From assembly GCA_958296065.1 (NCBI GenBank), contig CATQHX010000003.1, forward strand, positions 124,066 to 188,065: DNA of 64,000 bases, read 5' to 3'. A program made the translations under genes and the position numbers. Every line of letters begins with the position of its first letter. Positions within the stretch are counted from its first letter, which is position 1. The notes under the pieces were generated by a model. It searched no databases, was not told the origin of the DNA, and worked only from the letters and a program-made list of their open reading frames with translations. Origin of the DNA: Vicinamibacterales bacterium (lineage in GTDB: Bacteria > Acidobacteriota > Vicinamibacteria > Vicinamibacterales > UBA8438). This document shows, piece by piece, positions 56,105 to 64,000 of this stretch.

Positions 56105-57148
56105 ATGTTGAGGTGGTTCCTGCTTGCGTTCGTCGGCCTCGCCGCCATCGGAGCCGGCGCGGCGGCGCTCGCCTGGCAGGAGCTGCTGGCCCGCGTCGAG
56201 GCTCCCCATCCGGGGATGGAGGACACGGGCGTGTTCGTGGACGTCGAGCCGGGCGACTCGGTCGCAGCGATCGCTAGCCGGCTGGTTGCGGCCGGTGTCG
56301 TGGCCGAGGAGTGGCTCTTCCGCTTCGCGGCATGGCGCAGCGGGCGGGACCGCGAACTGCAGGCCGGCGAGTACCTCTTCGAGGTCCCGGTGTCGCCGCT
56401 GGACGTGGTGGGAAGGATGGCGGACGGTCGCGTGCATCTGCGTCCGGTCACTTTCCCCGAAGGGCTGACGCTGGCGGAAATGGCGGGCATCGTGGAGGCG
56501 AAGGGACTCGGATCCGCGGAGGCCTTCGTATTGGCGGCGTCCCGGGCGGCGCTTGTCGCCGACCTGGATCCCGACGCATCCGACCTGGAAGGCTACCTGT
56601 TTCCGGAGACCTACTCTCTGCCTCGCCATGCCACCGTCGATGATCTGGTAGCGGCGATGGTGGCGCAGTTCCGGGTGGTGTTCGACGCCGACCTACGCGC
56701 GCGCGCGGCCGAGCGCGGGCTGGGCGTGCGGGAGACGGTGACGCTGGCCTCGGTCATCCAGCGGGAAACCGGCAGCGGGGCGGAACTCGCCCTCGTGTCG
56801 GCGGTGTTCAACAACCGCCTCCGGATCGGCATGCCGCTCCAGAGCGACCCTACCGTCATCTACGCCCTGGAGCGCATTGGCCAGTACGACGGCAACCTGA
56901 CCCGCAGGAACATGCAGGTCGACTCGCCGTACAACACCTATCGCTACGGAGGACTGCCGCCCGGTCCGATAGCCGCTCCCGGTCGCGACGTGCTGCACGC
57001 CGCGCTGGAGCCGGCGGACGCCACGTACCTCTACTTCGTCAGCCGCAACGACGGCACGCACGCCTTCGCCAACACGCTGCGCGAGCACAATCGCAACGTG
57101 CGCGAGTTCCAGGTGGAGTACTTCCGGCGCCGCCGCGCCGGTCGCTAG
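56105..57148 (+). CDS. mltG: Endolytic murein transglycosylase MltG (YceG family)
   Basis: N-terminal TM. ..GEYLFEVPVSPLDVV..VTFPEGLTLAEM..ASVIQRETG..VFNNRLRIGMPLQSDPTVIY..YNTYRYGGLPPGPIAAPG..ATYLYFVS. The stop TAG lies in the CTAG terminus of a REP element. Confidence 0.9.
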   Translation: MLRWFLLAFVGLAAIGAGAAALAWQELLARVEAPHPGMEDTGVFVDVEPGDSVAAIASRLVAAGVVAEEWLFRFAAWRSGRDRELQAGEYLFEVPVSPLDVVGRMADGRVHLRPVTFPEGLTLAEMAGIVEAKGLGSAEAFVLAASRAALVADLDPDASDLEGYLFPETYSLPRHATVDDLVAAMVAQFRVVFDADLRARAAERGLGVRETVTLASVIQRETGSGAELALVSAVFNNRLRIGMPLQSDPTVIYALERIGQYDGNLTRRNMQVDSPYNTYRYGGLPPGPIAAPGRDVLHAALEPADATYLYFVSRNDGTHAFANTLREHNRNVREFQVEYFRRRRAGR

Positions 57149-57254
57149 CGCCCCGAAACGCCCCGCTGGCTCGGCGTTTCGGCCCATCCCCCCCGCTCCA
57201 TGAGCCTGCGCCGCGGCACTTCGCTTCGCTGCGTCCCGCGGCGCAAGCTCCTAG
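57145..57254. repeat. 110-bp two-hairpin REP-like element, copy 3 (a partial 30-bp copy is also at 56070..56100)
   Basis: CTAGCGCCCCGAAACGCCCCGCTGGCTCGGCGTTTCGGCCCATCCCCCCCGCTCCATGAGCCTGCGCCGCGGCACTTCGCTTCGCTGCGTCCCGCGGCGCAAGCTCCTAG. Both CTAG termini supply the stop codons of the convergent flanking genes. Confidence 0.85.
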
Positions 57255-58714
57255 CGCATTGGCGGCCGGCTCGAGCTCCGGTAGCCGCGCCACCCCTCGA
57301 CCTCGGTATGGAAGAGCGGCGTGGCGTCCCGCCCGGTCGCGAGATTGTGCTCGATAACGGTGGTGGGCCGGACCTGGTTGCGCGCGGCCGTTTCCACGTT
57401 GCCCACCCGATCGAACAGGATGCCGCCGAAGGCCAGGTAGGCTGCGGCGAGAGTCAGGACGACGTTGAACGCCTGTCCGGTCACGTAGAGCTGGATGGGG
57501 CGCCCGCCCGACGTGTGCCGGGAGAGGTCTCGCAGGCTCGATTCGAGGCCGATGCTGACGAAGGCCAGGCAGAACAGCCAGCCGCGCACGTCGGAGGTCA
57601 GGTCGAGCACCTCGGCCACCCGCGACTCGCCGAGCGACGGGGTCAGCACGAACGAGAAGACCAGGGAAGCCCCGGCGAAGCCGATGACGAACTTCGGAAG
57701 GCGGTGCCAGATCTCCATCGCGTCCGGTTTGCGCTCTTTCGTCGCCTCGACCCGGGTCACCCAGAAAACGGCCACCAGGAAAGCGACCAGGCCGATCAGC
57801 GTGTTCTGGATCATCTTCACGACGGCGGCGATCTGCTCCGCCTGCTCGCCGAGGATGGCTCCGGCCGCCACTACCGCCCCGGTGGCGTCTACCGTGCCCC
57901 CGATCCAGGCGGCTCCGACCACCGGGTCCATTCCGGCCCAGCGGATGCCGAGCGGCATCAGGATCATCATCGCCACGGTGAAGATCAGCGACATGCCGAC
58001 GGCCAGCGTCAGCTCCTGCTTGTGGGCGCGGGCTGCCGCGGCGACGGCGATGGCGGCCGATACGCCGCAGACCGAGGTGGCGGCCGCGATGACCATCACC
58101 AGCGACCGGCTGCGGATCCGCAGGAACCGGACGCCGAACTGGTACATGAAGACGAGGACGATCGGCGTCACCAGCCACGCGACGAAGAGACCCGGCACGC
58201 CGAGCCGCACGATGTTGCCGAATAGCACCTCGGCGCCGAGCAGCACGAGACCGGTCTTGATGTACAGCTCGCTGCGCAGGGCCGGCTTGAGCCACTCCGG
58301 CGTGCCGCCCGTGTTCGCGATGGCGAGTCCGATCAGCAGCGCCCAGAAGGCGTAACCGAACCCGGCGGCTCGCACGCCGACCTGGTTGGCCAGGGTGTAG
58401 GCGGCGACGGCCAGCACGAAGAGCGGAATGAACGCCAGCGCCTGGCGGCGGGCGGAGCGTCCCATGATCCGAACGGCGAGCGCGGACAGCGCGGCCATGG
58501 TGAGGCCCAGCGCCGCGAGTCCTCCCGCGCGTCCCGCGAACGCCTCGGTCGGCAGCGCCGTCCAGCGGCCCACGCCGGGCACGGAGCTGATGGCGCCGAC
58601 TACGACGCCGGAGATGACGAGCCCGGCAAGCCAGACGGCCCACCAGTCTTCCGAGGCAATGAGCGGGTTCCGAGCGCGCGCGGGAGTGTCGGTCATGGCG
58701 CGCCTATAATGCAC
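57251..58714 (-). CDS. UPF0324/YeiH-family membrane protein (putative sulfate-exporter family) with C-terminal soluble extension
   Basis: Multi-TM. ..IGGTVDATGAVVAAGAILGEQAEQIAAVVKMIQNTLIGLVAFLVAVFWV.. The start may be 58696. Confidence 0.7.
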   Translation of the reverse strand: MHYRRAMTDTPARARNPLIASEDWWAVWLAGLVISGVVVGAISSVPGVGRWTALPTEAFAGRAGGLAALGLTMAALSALAVRIMGRSARRQALAFIPLFVLAVAAYTLANQVGVRAAGFGYAFWALLIGLAIANTGGTPEWLKPALRSELYIKTGLVLLGAEVLFGNIVRLGVPGLFVAWLVTPIVLVFMYQFGVRFLRIRSRSLVMVIAAATSVCGVSAAIAVAAAARAHKQELTLAVGMSLIFTVAMMILMPLGIRWAGMDPVVGAAWIGGTVDATGAVVAAGAILGEQAEQIAAVVKMIQNTLIGLVAFLVAVFWVTRVEATKERKPDAMEIWHRLPKFVIGFAGASLVFSFVLTPSLGESRVAEVLDLTSDVRGWLFCLAFVSIGLESSLRDLSRHTSGGRPIQLYVTGQAFNVVLTLAAAYLAFGGILFDRVGNVETAARNQVRPTTVIEHNLATGRDATPLFHTEVEGWRGYRSSSRPPMR

Positions 58715-58743
58715 GAGATTCGCGCGGAATGGGGAGTCCAGCC

Positions 58744-61215
58744 ATGATGTCCAGGCATGTTCGTCGGTTCGCGGTGTCGCTTGCGTTGGTCCTGTCGGTG
58801 GTCGCGTCGGATGCCGGCGCCCAGGCGGCGCGGCAGGAGACGCTCGATACGGCCGGCCTGATCGCTCCGGTCGAGATCGTGACCGACCGCTGGGGGATCT
58901 CCCACATCTACGCCGAGAACGAGCATGACCTGTTCTTCGCCCAGGGCTATGCGGCCGCCCGCGACCGGCTCTTCCAGTTCGAGATCTGGCGCCGGAGGGC
59001 GACCGGAACGGTTGCCGAGATTCTCGGACCCCGCGAGCTGCAGCGCGACACCGGCGCCCGCCTGTTCCGCTTCCGGGGCGACCTCGCGACCGAGATGCGG
59101 CATTACCACGAGCGTGGCGACACGATCATTCCGGCGTTCGTGGACGGCATCAACGCCTACATCGAGCGCACCGAACGGGAGCCGGGATTGCGGCCGATAG
59201 AGTTCGAGCTGCTCGGCATCGAGCCGGGCCGCTGGACGCCGGAGGTGGTCATCTCGCGCCATCAGGGGCTGGTGTCGAACGTGACGCAGGAGCTCGACAA
59301 CGCGCGGGCGGTGGCGGCGCTCGGCATCGACGCCGTGAAAGAGCTCAACTACTACATCGGCGATCCGGATTTGACGGTCGATCCGGCCATCGACGTCTCC
59401 CTGCTCGACGATCGGATTCTGGACCTGTACCGCGCGCATCGCCGGGCCCTCGCCTTCGAGCCGGAGGACGTCACCGTCGCGTACCGCGGCGACCGCGAAT
59501 CGTTCGAGCGGCTCGCGGCGGCCATCCCTTCCGAGATCGACCTGGAGCGGAACGACTACGACTCCATCGGCAGCAACAACTGGGTGGTGCATGGGACCCG
59601 GACGCTGAGCGGCTACCCGATCATGGCGAACGACCCGCACCGGGCGCAGTCGGCTCCGTCGCTGCGCTACTGGGTGCACCTGGTGGCTCCCGGCTGGAAC
59701 GTCATCGGGGGCGGCGAGCCGGTGCTGCCGGGGGTCTCCATCGGCCACAACGAGCATGGAGCGTGGGGCCTGACCGTGTTCGGTCAGGACAACGAGGACC
59801 TCTACGTCTACGAGACCAACCCCGACAACCCCAACCAGTACCGCCACCTGGGCCGGTGGGAGGAGATGACCGTGATCCGGGAGACGATCCCGGTGCAGGG
59901 GCAGGGCGACGTGGAGGTCGAGCTGAAGTACACGCGTCACGGGCCGGTCGTCTTCGAGGATCCGGACAACCACGCGGCGTACGCGGTGGCCGCCGCCTGG
60001 CTCGACTACGGCTCGGCGCCCTACCTGGCGAGCCTGCGCATGGATCAGGCGACGACCTGGGAAGAGTTCGTCGAGGCTTGCAACTACAGCCGCATTCCGT
60101 CGGAGAACATGGTCTGGGCCGACCGAGCGGGCAACATCGGCTACCAGGCGGTCGGGGTGTCCCCGATCCGGCCGAACCACAGCGGGCTGGTGCCGGTGCC
60201 GGGCGACGGGCGCTACGAATGGGACGGGTTCCTGCCCATAAAGGCGCTGCCGAGCGTCGTCAATCCGGCGAAGGGCTACTTCGGGACGGCGAACAACTAC
60301 ACGCTGCTGGACGTGCCGGAGCGCTATCCTCACTGGGAGGCGCTGCACTATACCTGGGGCGACCAGATGCGGGCCGCGCGGGTCGAGGAGATGCTGGCCA
60401 ACGCCCGGCACATGACCGTGGCGGACAACATGCAGATGATGATGGACGAGTTGTCGGTTGCCGCCCGCAACCTCGTGCAGTTGCTTCGCGACCTGCCGGG
60501 CCTTCAGGGCCGCGCCGACCACGCCCGCCGGATGCTGCTCGATTGGGACGCGGTGCTCGACAAGGAGTCGGTGGAGGCCGCCATCTACGTGAGCTGGGAG
60601 CGGGAGCTGCGCACCGCGGTGCACCGCAAGGTGGTCCCGGCGGCCGCCCGCGACTACATACGCGGCGTCAACACCAAGCGGATGATCGACTGGCTCACCG
60701 CTCCCGACGGCCGCTTCGGCGACGACCCGCTCGCGGGCCGCGACGCGTTGCTGCGCGACACGCTGCAGGCTGCGCTCGATGGTTTGCGGGATCGGTTCGG
60801 CACGCCCGACATGACGACCTGGCAGTACGGCGGCGAGCGCTTCAAGCACGCTCTCATCCGCCACCCGATGAGTGCGGCGGTCAACGCCGACCTGCGGCGC
60901 CGGCTCGACGTCGGTCCCTTCCCGCGCGGCGGTTACGGCGGCACCGTCCACAACACCGGGGGCGGCGACAACCAGACCTCCGGAGCATCGTTCATGATCA
61001 TCGCCGACACTGCCAACTGGGACAACTCGGTGGGGCTGAACACGCCGGGGCAGGCCGGGGATCCCGACAGCCCGCATTACCGGGACCTGTTCGAGGTCTG
61101 GGCCCGGGACCGCTACTTCCCGATCTTCTTCTCGCGCGCGAAGGTCGACTCGGTGACGGAGTCGAAGACCGTGCTGCGGCCGGTCGGGAGCACCCCGGCG
61201 AGCGTCGGCCCATAG
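58744..61215 (+). CDS. Penicillin acylase family (Ntn hydrolase S45) protein
   Basis: GGGGAG RBS. Signal peptide. DRWGISHIYAENEHDLFFAQGYAAARDRLFQFEIWRR..; nucleophile context GSNNWVV; ..GQAGDPDSPHYRDL. TATAAT at 58706..58711 is a possible -10 box. Confidence 0.88.
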   Translation: MMSRHVRRFAVSLALVLSVVASDAGAQAARQETLDTAGLIAPVEIVTDRWGISHIYAENEHDLFFAQGYAAARDRLFQFEIWRRRATGTVAEILGPRELQRDTGARLFRFRGDLATEMRHYHERGDTIIPAFVDGINAYIERTEREPGLRPIEFELLGIEPGRWTPEVVISRHQGLVSNVTQELDNARAVAALGIDAVKELNYYIGDPDLTVDPAIDVSLLDDRILDLYRAHRRALAFEPEDVTVAYRGDRESFERLAAAIPSEIDLERNDYDSIGSNNWVVHGTRTLSGYPIMANDPHRAQSAPSLRYWVHLVAPGWNVIGGGEPVLPGVSIGHNEHGAWGLTVFGQDNEDLYVYETNPDNPNQYRHLGRWEEMTVIRETIPVQGQGDVEVELKYTRHGPVVFEDPDNHAAYAVAAAWLDYGSAPYLASLRMDQATTWEEFVEACNYSRIPSENMVWADRAGNIGYQAVGVSPIRPNHSGLVPVPGDGRYEWDGFLPIKALPSVVNPAKGYFGTANNYTLLDVPERYPHWEALHYTWGDQMRAARVEEMLANARHMTVADNMQMMMDELSVAARNLVQLLRDLPGLQGRADHARRMLLDWDAVLDKESVEAAIYVSWERELRTAVHRKVVPAAARDYIRGVNTKRMIDWLTAPDGRFGDDPLAGRDALLRDTLQAALDGLRDRFGTPDMTTWQYGGERFKHALIRHPMSAAVNADLRRRLDVGPFPRGGYGGTVHNTGGGDNQTSGASFMIIADTANWDNSVGLNTPGQAGDPDSPHYRDLFEVWARDRYFPIFFSRAKVDSVTESKTVLRPVGSTPASVGP

Positions 61216-61415
61216 TCGGGAAGCAGGTGGGTCAGACGAGGCGCCTGGCCGTGACGCGGGAGAAAGTACGCCGATACCCGGGATTCATCGCCTCTTGGAT
61301 ATACTAGCCGCTCTGCGGCGGATTCGCCGCGTTGCCTGCATCGCCTGATCCAGGCATCGGGAGCGGCGGGCCGGCCGCGGGTTCATGAATCTCGCGTAAG
61401 GGAAAGGCAAGCCGC

Positions 61416-62354
61416 ATGACCACTCGATTCCTCGGCCTCACCTGTCTGCTGGCGTTAGGCGCTTTCGTGCTCGCACCGTCCGTGTCGGTCGCCCAGCTCG
61501 ACCAGACTGCGTCGTGGGCCTCGCACGTCTCCAACGAGTACCGCGTGGTGCCGAACGTTACCTATCACGTCGCGAACGGCTTCGACAACAGCGTCGATCT
61601 CTACCTGCCGCGCAACGCCTCCGGGCCGTCGCCGGTGCTGATGTACATCCACGGCGGCGGGTGGGTCGGCGGCAGCAAGGAGGGCAACGTCCTGCGGTTG
61701 CTGCCCTGGCTGGAGAAGGGTTGGGCGGTGGTCAACGTGCAGTACCGGCTCGGCCGCATCTCGCGGGCCCCGGCCGCCGTCGAGGACTGTCTCTGCGCGC
61801 TGCACTGGGTGAAGAGCAACGCCGAGCAGTACGGGTTCGATACGTCTCGCATCGTCGTTACCGGCAACTCGGCGGGCGGGCACCTCGCCCTGACCACCGG
61901 CATGGTGCCGGGCTCGGCCGGACTCGATCTGGAGTGCCAGCCCAAGGCCGATCTGGGCGTGGCGGCGATCATCAACTGGTACGGCATCACCGATGTCGGC
62001 GACCTCCTGCAGGGGGTGAACGAGAAGTCGTACGCGGTGCGCTGGATGGGGAGCCTGCCGGACCGGCTGGACGTCGCCCGCCGCGTATCGCCGTTGAGTT
62101 ACGTTCGGGAAGGCCTGCCGCCGGTGCTCTCCATCCACGGCGACGCCGACGGGGTCGTGCCGCACCAGCACGCGATCCGGCTGCACGAGGAACTGGCCTC
62201 GGCCGGCGTCGACAACGAGCTGCACACGGTGCCGGGTGGAGGCCACGGCGGCTTCAGCCGCGACGAGACGATCGCGATTTTCGAGACCATCCAGGCGTTC
62301 CTCGGGAAGCACGGGCTTGGAGACATGCCCGCGCCGACCCAGGGTCAGCAGTGA
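61416..62354 (+). CDS. Secreted alpha/beta hydrolase (carboxylesterase/lipase type)
   Basis: Signal peptide. HGGGW oxyanion motif, GNSAGG nucleophile elbow, ..HGDADGVVPHQH..GGGHG. Confidence 0.85.
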   Translation: MTTRFLGLTCLLALGAFVLAPSVSVAQLDQTASWASHVSNEYRVVPNVTYHVANGFDNSVDLYLPRNASGPSPVLMYIHGGGWVGGSKEGNVLRLLPWLEKGWAVVNVQYRLGRISRAPAAVEDCLCALHWVKSNAEQYGFDTSRIVVTGNSAGGHLALTTGMVPGSAGLDLECQPKADLGVAAIINWYGITDVGDLLQGVNEKSYAVRWMGSLPDRLDVARRVSPLSYVREGLPPVLSIHGDADGVVPHQHAIRLHEELASAGVDNELHTVPGGGHGGFSRDETIAIFETIQAFLGKHGLGDMPAPTQGQQ

Positions 62355-62404
62355 CCGATGCGCTCCGCCCGCGGCCGAGAACTTCTCGGCCGCGCGGCGG
62401 TCGT

Positions 62405-64000
62405 ATGCCGTGCGGACGTGCCGTCGTTCACGGGCTGGCGGCGATGCTGGTGCTTTGCGGCGTCGAGCGGGCGGCTGCCGGCCAGTCGGGGGCGAGTGCG
62501 CTGGACGAGGCGGTGGCTTCCTTCTGGGCCGCCACCTCCGATGACGAGGTCGCCGCCTCCACCGCGGCCATCCTGGAGACGGATCCGGACATAGAGGGGT
62601 TGTGGGCCCGTCTGCGCGCGGGTCGCGCCTATACCGGCGACGTTGCCACAGGGCGGCAACTGCTGGCTCGCGAGAACCGGGACGGCCTCGAGCACGGCTA
62701 CGTCGTGCGCGTGCCGGAAAGCTACGACCCCGCGGTGCGGTACCCGGTAATCGTCTACTTGCACGGCGGCGTGTCGCGGCCGAAGCGGGAGGATGGAACC
62801 TGGTGGCGCCGGGAGGAGCGGCTCGCGCGGGACGACGCCATCGTGGTCGCGCCCGCCTCCTGGAACGAGTCGCTCTGGTGGCAGGACAGTCAGATCGAGA
62901 ATCTGGCCGGTGTCGTCAACGACCTGAAACGGACCTGGAACGTCGACGAGAACCGCGTCTACCTGATCGGAATCTCCGACGGGGCGACCGGCGTGTTCTA
63001 CCACGCCATGAAGGCGACGACGCCGTGGGCCGCTTTCATCCTGCTCAACGGTCACCCGGTGGTGCTGGCCAACCCGGCCTCGGACGTCGACGGCGAGCTG
63101 CACGTGACGAACTTGCGCAACAAGCCGCTCTTCGTCGTCAACGGCGGCCGCGATCCTCTGTATCCGGCCGCGTCGGTGGTCCCGTTCATGCGGCTGTTCC
63201 AGCAGGCCGGCGTGTTCCTCGACTTCCGCCCGCAACCGGAGGCCGGGCACGACGTGAGCTGGTGGGACGACGAGAAGCCGGCCATGGACGCCTTCATGGC
63301 CGAGCAGGCCCGCCGTCCGTTTCCCGCCCGCCTGTCGTGGGAGACCGAACGCACGGATCGCTACAACCGGGCGCACTGGCTCGTGATCACCGAGCTCGGT
63401 GCGGTCGGCGGCGAGCCGGACCTGGAGGCGTACAACACGATCACGGATCAGGCGTCGGGCATGCCGCTGGGCATCAACATGATCGGCCAGATGGTCGACG
63501 GCTCGGGCCTGCGCGTGCTGGAGGTCGGACCCGACTCGATGGCGTCGGCGGCCGGCATGGTGAACGAAGACACGATTGTCGAGGTGAACGGACAGCCGGG
63601 CCCGTCGGTCGAGGATCTCAGGCAGGCCTTGGTGGGATTCGCCCCGGGCCAGGAGATTCCGCTCGTGGTGCAGCGCGGCGCCGAGCGCATCGAGATCGCG
63701 CTCGAGTATCCCGCCACGGCGGCCCCCCGCGGCCGTCAGGCGTTTCCGCGGACGCGCGCCCCGGGACGCGTCGAGCTGGATCAGCAGCGCAACGCCGTGA
63801 CTGCCTACACGCGTGGGGTCAGCCGTTTCACGCTGCTGATTTCGCCGGAGCAGTTCGACTTCACGCAGCCGATCTCGGTGGCCGTCAACGGCGTCACCGT
63901 GTTCGATGGCATGGTCGAGCCCGACATCGAGGAGCTTCTGCACTGGGCCGCGATCGATCAGGACCGGACGGCGATGTACGGCGCCGAGCTGGACATCGAG
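62405..64000 (+). CDS. Alpha/beta hydrolase (esterase/depolymerase-like) with C-terminal PDZ domain; runs off the right edge
   Basis: Not in the ORF track because there is no stop in the window; open frame from the ATG at 62405 to 64000. Signal peptide, ..VIVYLHGG.., GISDG (GxSxG), ..VVNGGRDPLYP.., PDZ-like GLRVLEVGPDSMASAAGMVNEDTIVEVNGQP. The 532-aa antisense ORF 62345..63943 is its shadow. Confidence 0.75.
   Translation, partial: MPCGRAVVHGLAAMLVLCGVERAAAGQSGASALDEAVASFWAATSDDEVAASTAAILETDPDIEGLWARLRAGRAYTGDVATGRQLLARENRDGLEHGYVVRVPESYDPAVRYPVIVYLHGGVSRPKREDGTWWRREERLARDDAIVVAPASWNESLWWQDSQIENLAGVVNDLKRTWNVDENRVYLIGISDGATGVFYHAMKATTPWAAFILLNGHPVVLANPASDVDGELHVTNLRNKPLFVVNGGRDPLYPAASVVPFMRLFQQAGVFLDFRPQPEAGHDVSWWDDEKPAMDAFMAEQARRPFPARLSWETERTDRYNRAHWLVITELGAVGGEPDLEAYNTITDQASGMPLGINMIGQMVDGSGLRVLEVGPDSMASAAGMVNEDTIVEVNGQPGPSVEDLRQALVGFAPGQEIPLVVQRGAERIEIALEYPATAAPRGRQAFPRTRAPGRVELDQQRNAVTAYTRGVSRFTLLISPEQFDFTQPISVAVNGVTVFDGMVEPDIEELLHWAAIDQDRTAMYGAELDIE

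Noticed and set aside
58693-61077. Very long antisense or out-of-frame ORFs. Examples: 58693..61077 (-), 62345..63943 (-), 39661..41811 (-), 27569..29206 (-), 27796..29517 (+), 29587..31794 (+), 44325..46322 (+), 36695..38290 (-), 51678..53333 (+).
   Set aside because: These are typical shadow ORFs of a high-G+C genome. Each overlaps a gene with clear family motifs on the other strand or frame, and their products are Arg/Pro/Gly-rich low-complexity strings.

Overview
High-G+C (about 65-70% by eye) bacterial chromosome segment with Gram-negative-type genes (TolC-family protein, lipoproteins, LysM/SLT transglycosylase). I cannot assign a phylum without searches. The window has two very different halves. 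(i) 1-27.6 kb is an accessory mosaic. It holds the right end of a Tn3-family transposon (tnpA C-terminus plus terminal IR), a second matching IR facing it tip-to-tip, and a repeat-laden non-coding block. It also holds a NucS/PD-(D/E)xK-like nuclease gene, a small-ORF cassette with a G+C dip, and a frameshifted AlpA/P4-type integrase pair. Orphan gene fragments are scattered through it: an OmpR-type output domain, IS21 istA, a HisKA H-box and an efflux adaptor. Further right are a truncated MacAB-TolC-like operon, an intact IS4/IS5-superfamily IS, and a frameshifted UvrD-like nuclease-helicase with topoisomerase-type zinc ribbons. Next comes an intact, translationally coupled three-gene operon: SAM methyltransferase, compact SF1 helicase, and a 722-aa protein ending in an AlkB-like 2OG/Fe(II) dioxygenase. 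I regard this operon as the best candidate for an undescribed system. The half ends with a complete endonuclease-less group II intron inserted into a copy of a dispersed hairpin repeat. (ii) 27.6-64 kb is mostly core: PQQ dehydrogenase, tRNA-Arg(UCU), VWA and NHL proteins, a small degraded patch (frameshifted vapBC, IS3 fragment) next to ssrA, a GAF protein, LysM-SLT, xylAB, a two-gene ABC exporter, thiL, rny, zapA plus a ZapB-like gene, pheST, rplT-rpmI-infC-thrS, tRNA-Val(GAC), an S41 peptidase, ruvX, mltG, a UPF0324 transporter, a penicillin-acylase-family protein and two alpha/beta hydrolases. A 110-bp two-hairpin REP-like element with CTAG termini occurs at least three times in the core half. 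I saw no CRISPR array and no rRNA. All family names are from reading motifs by eye; no database search was run.
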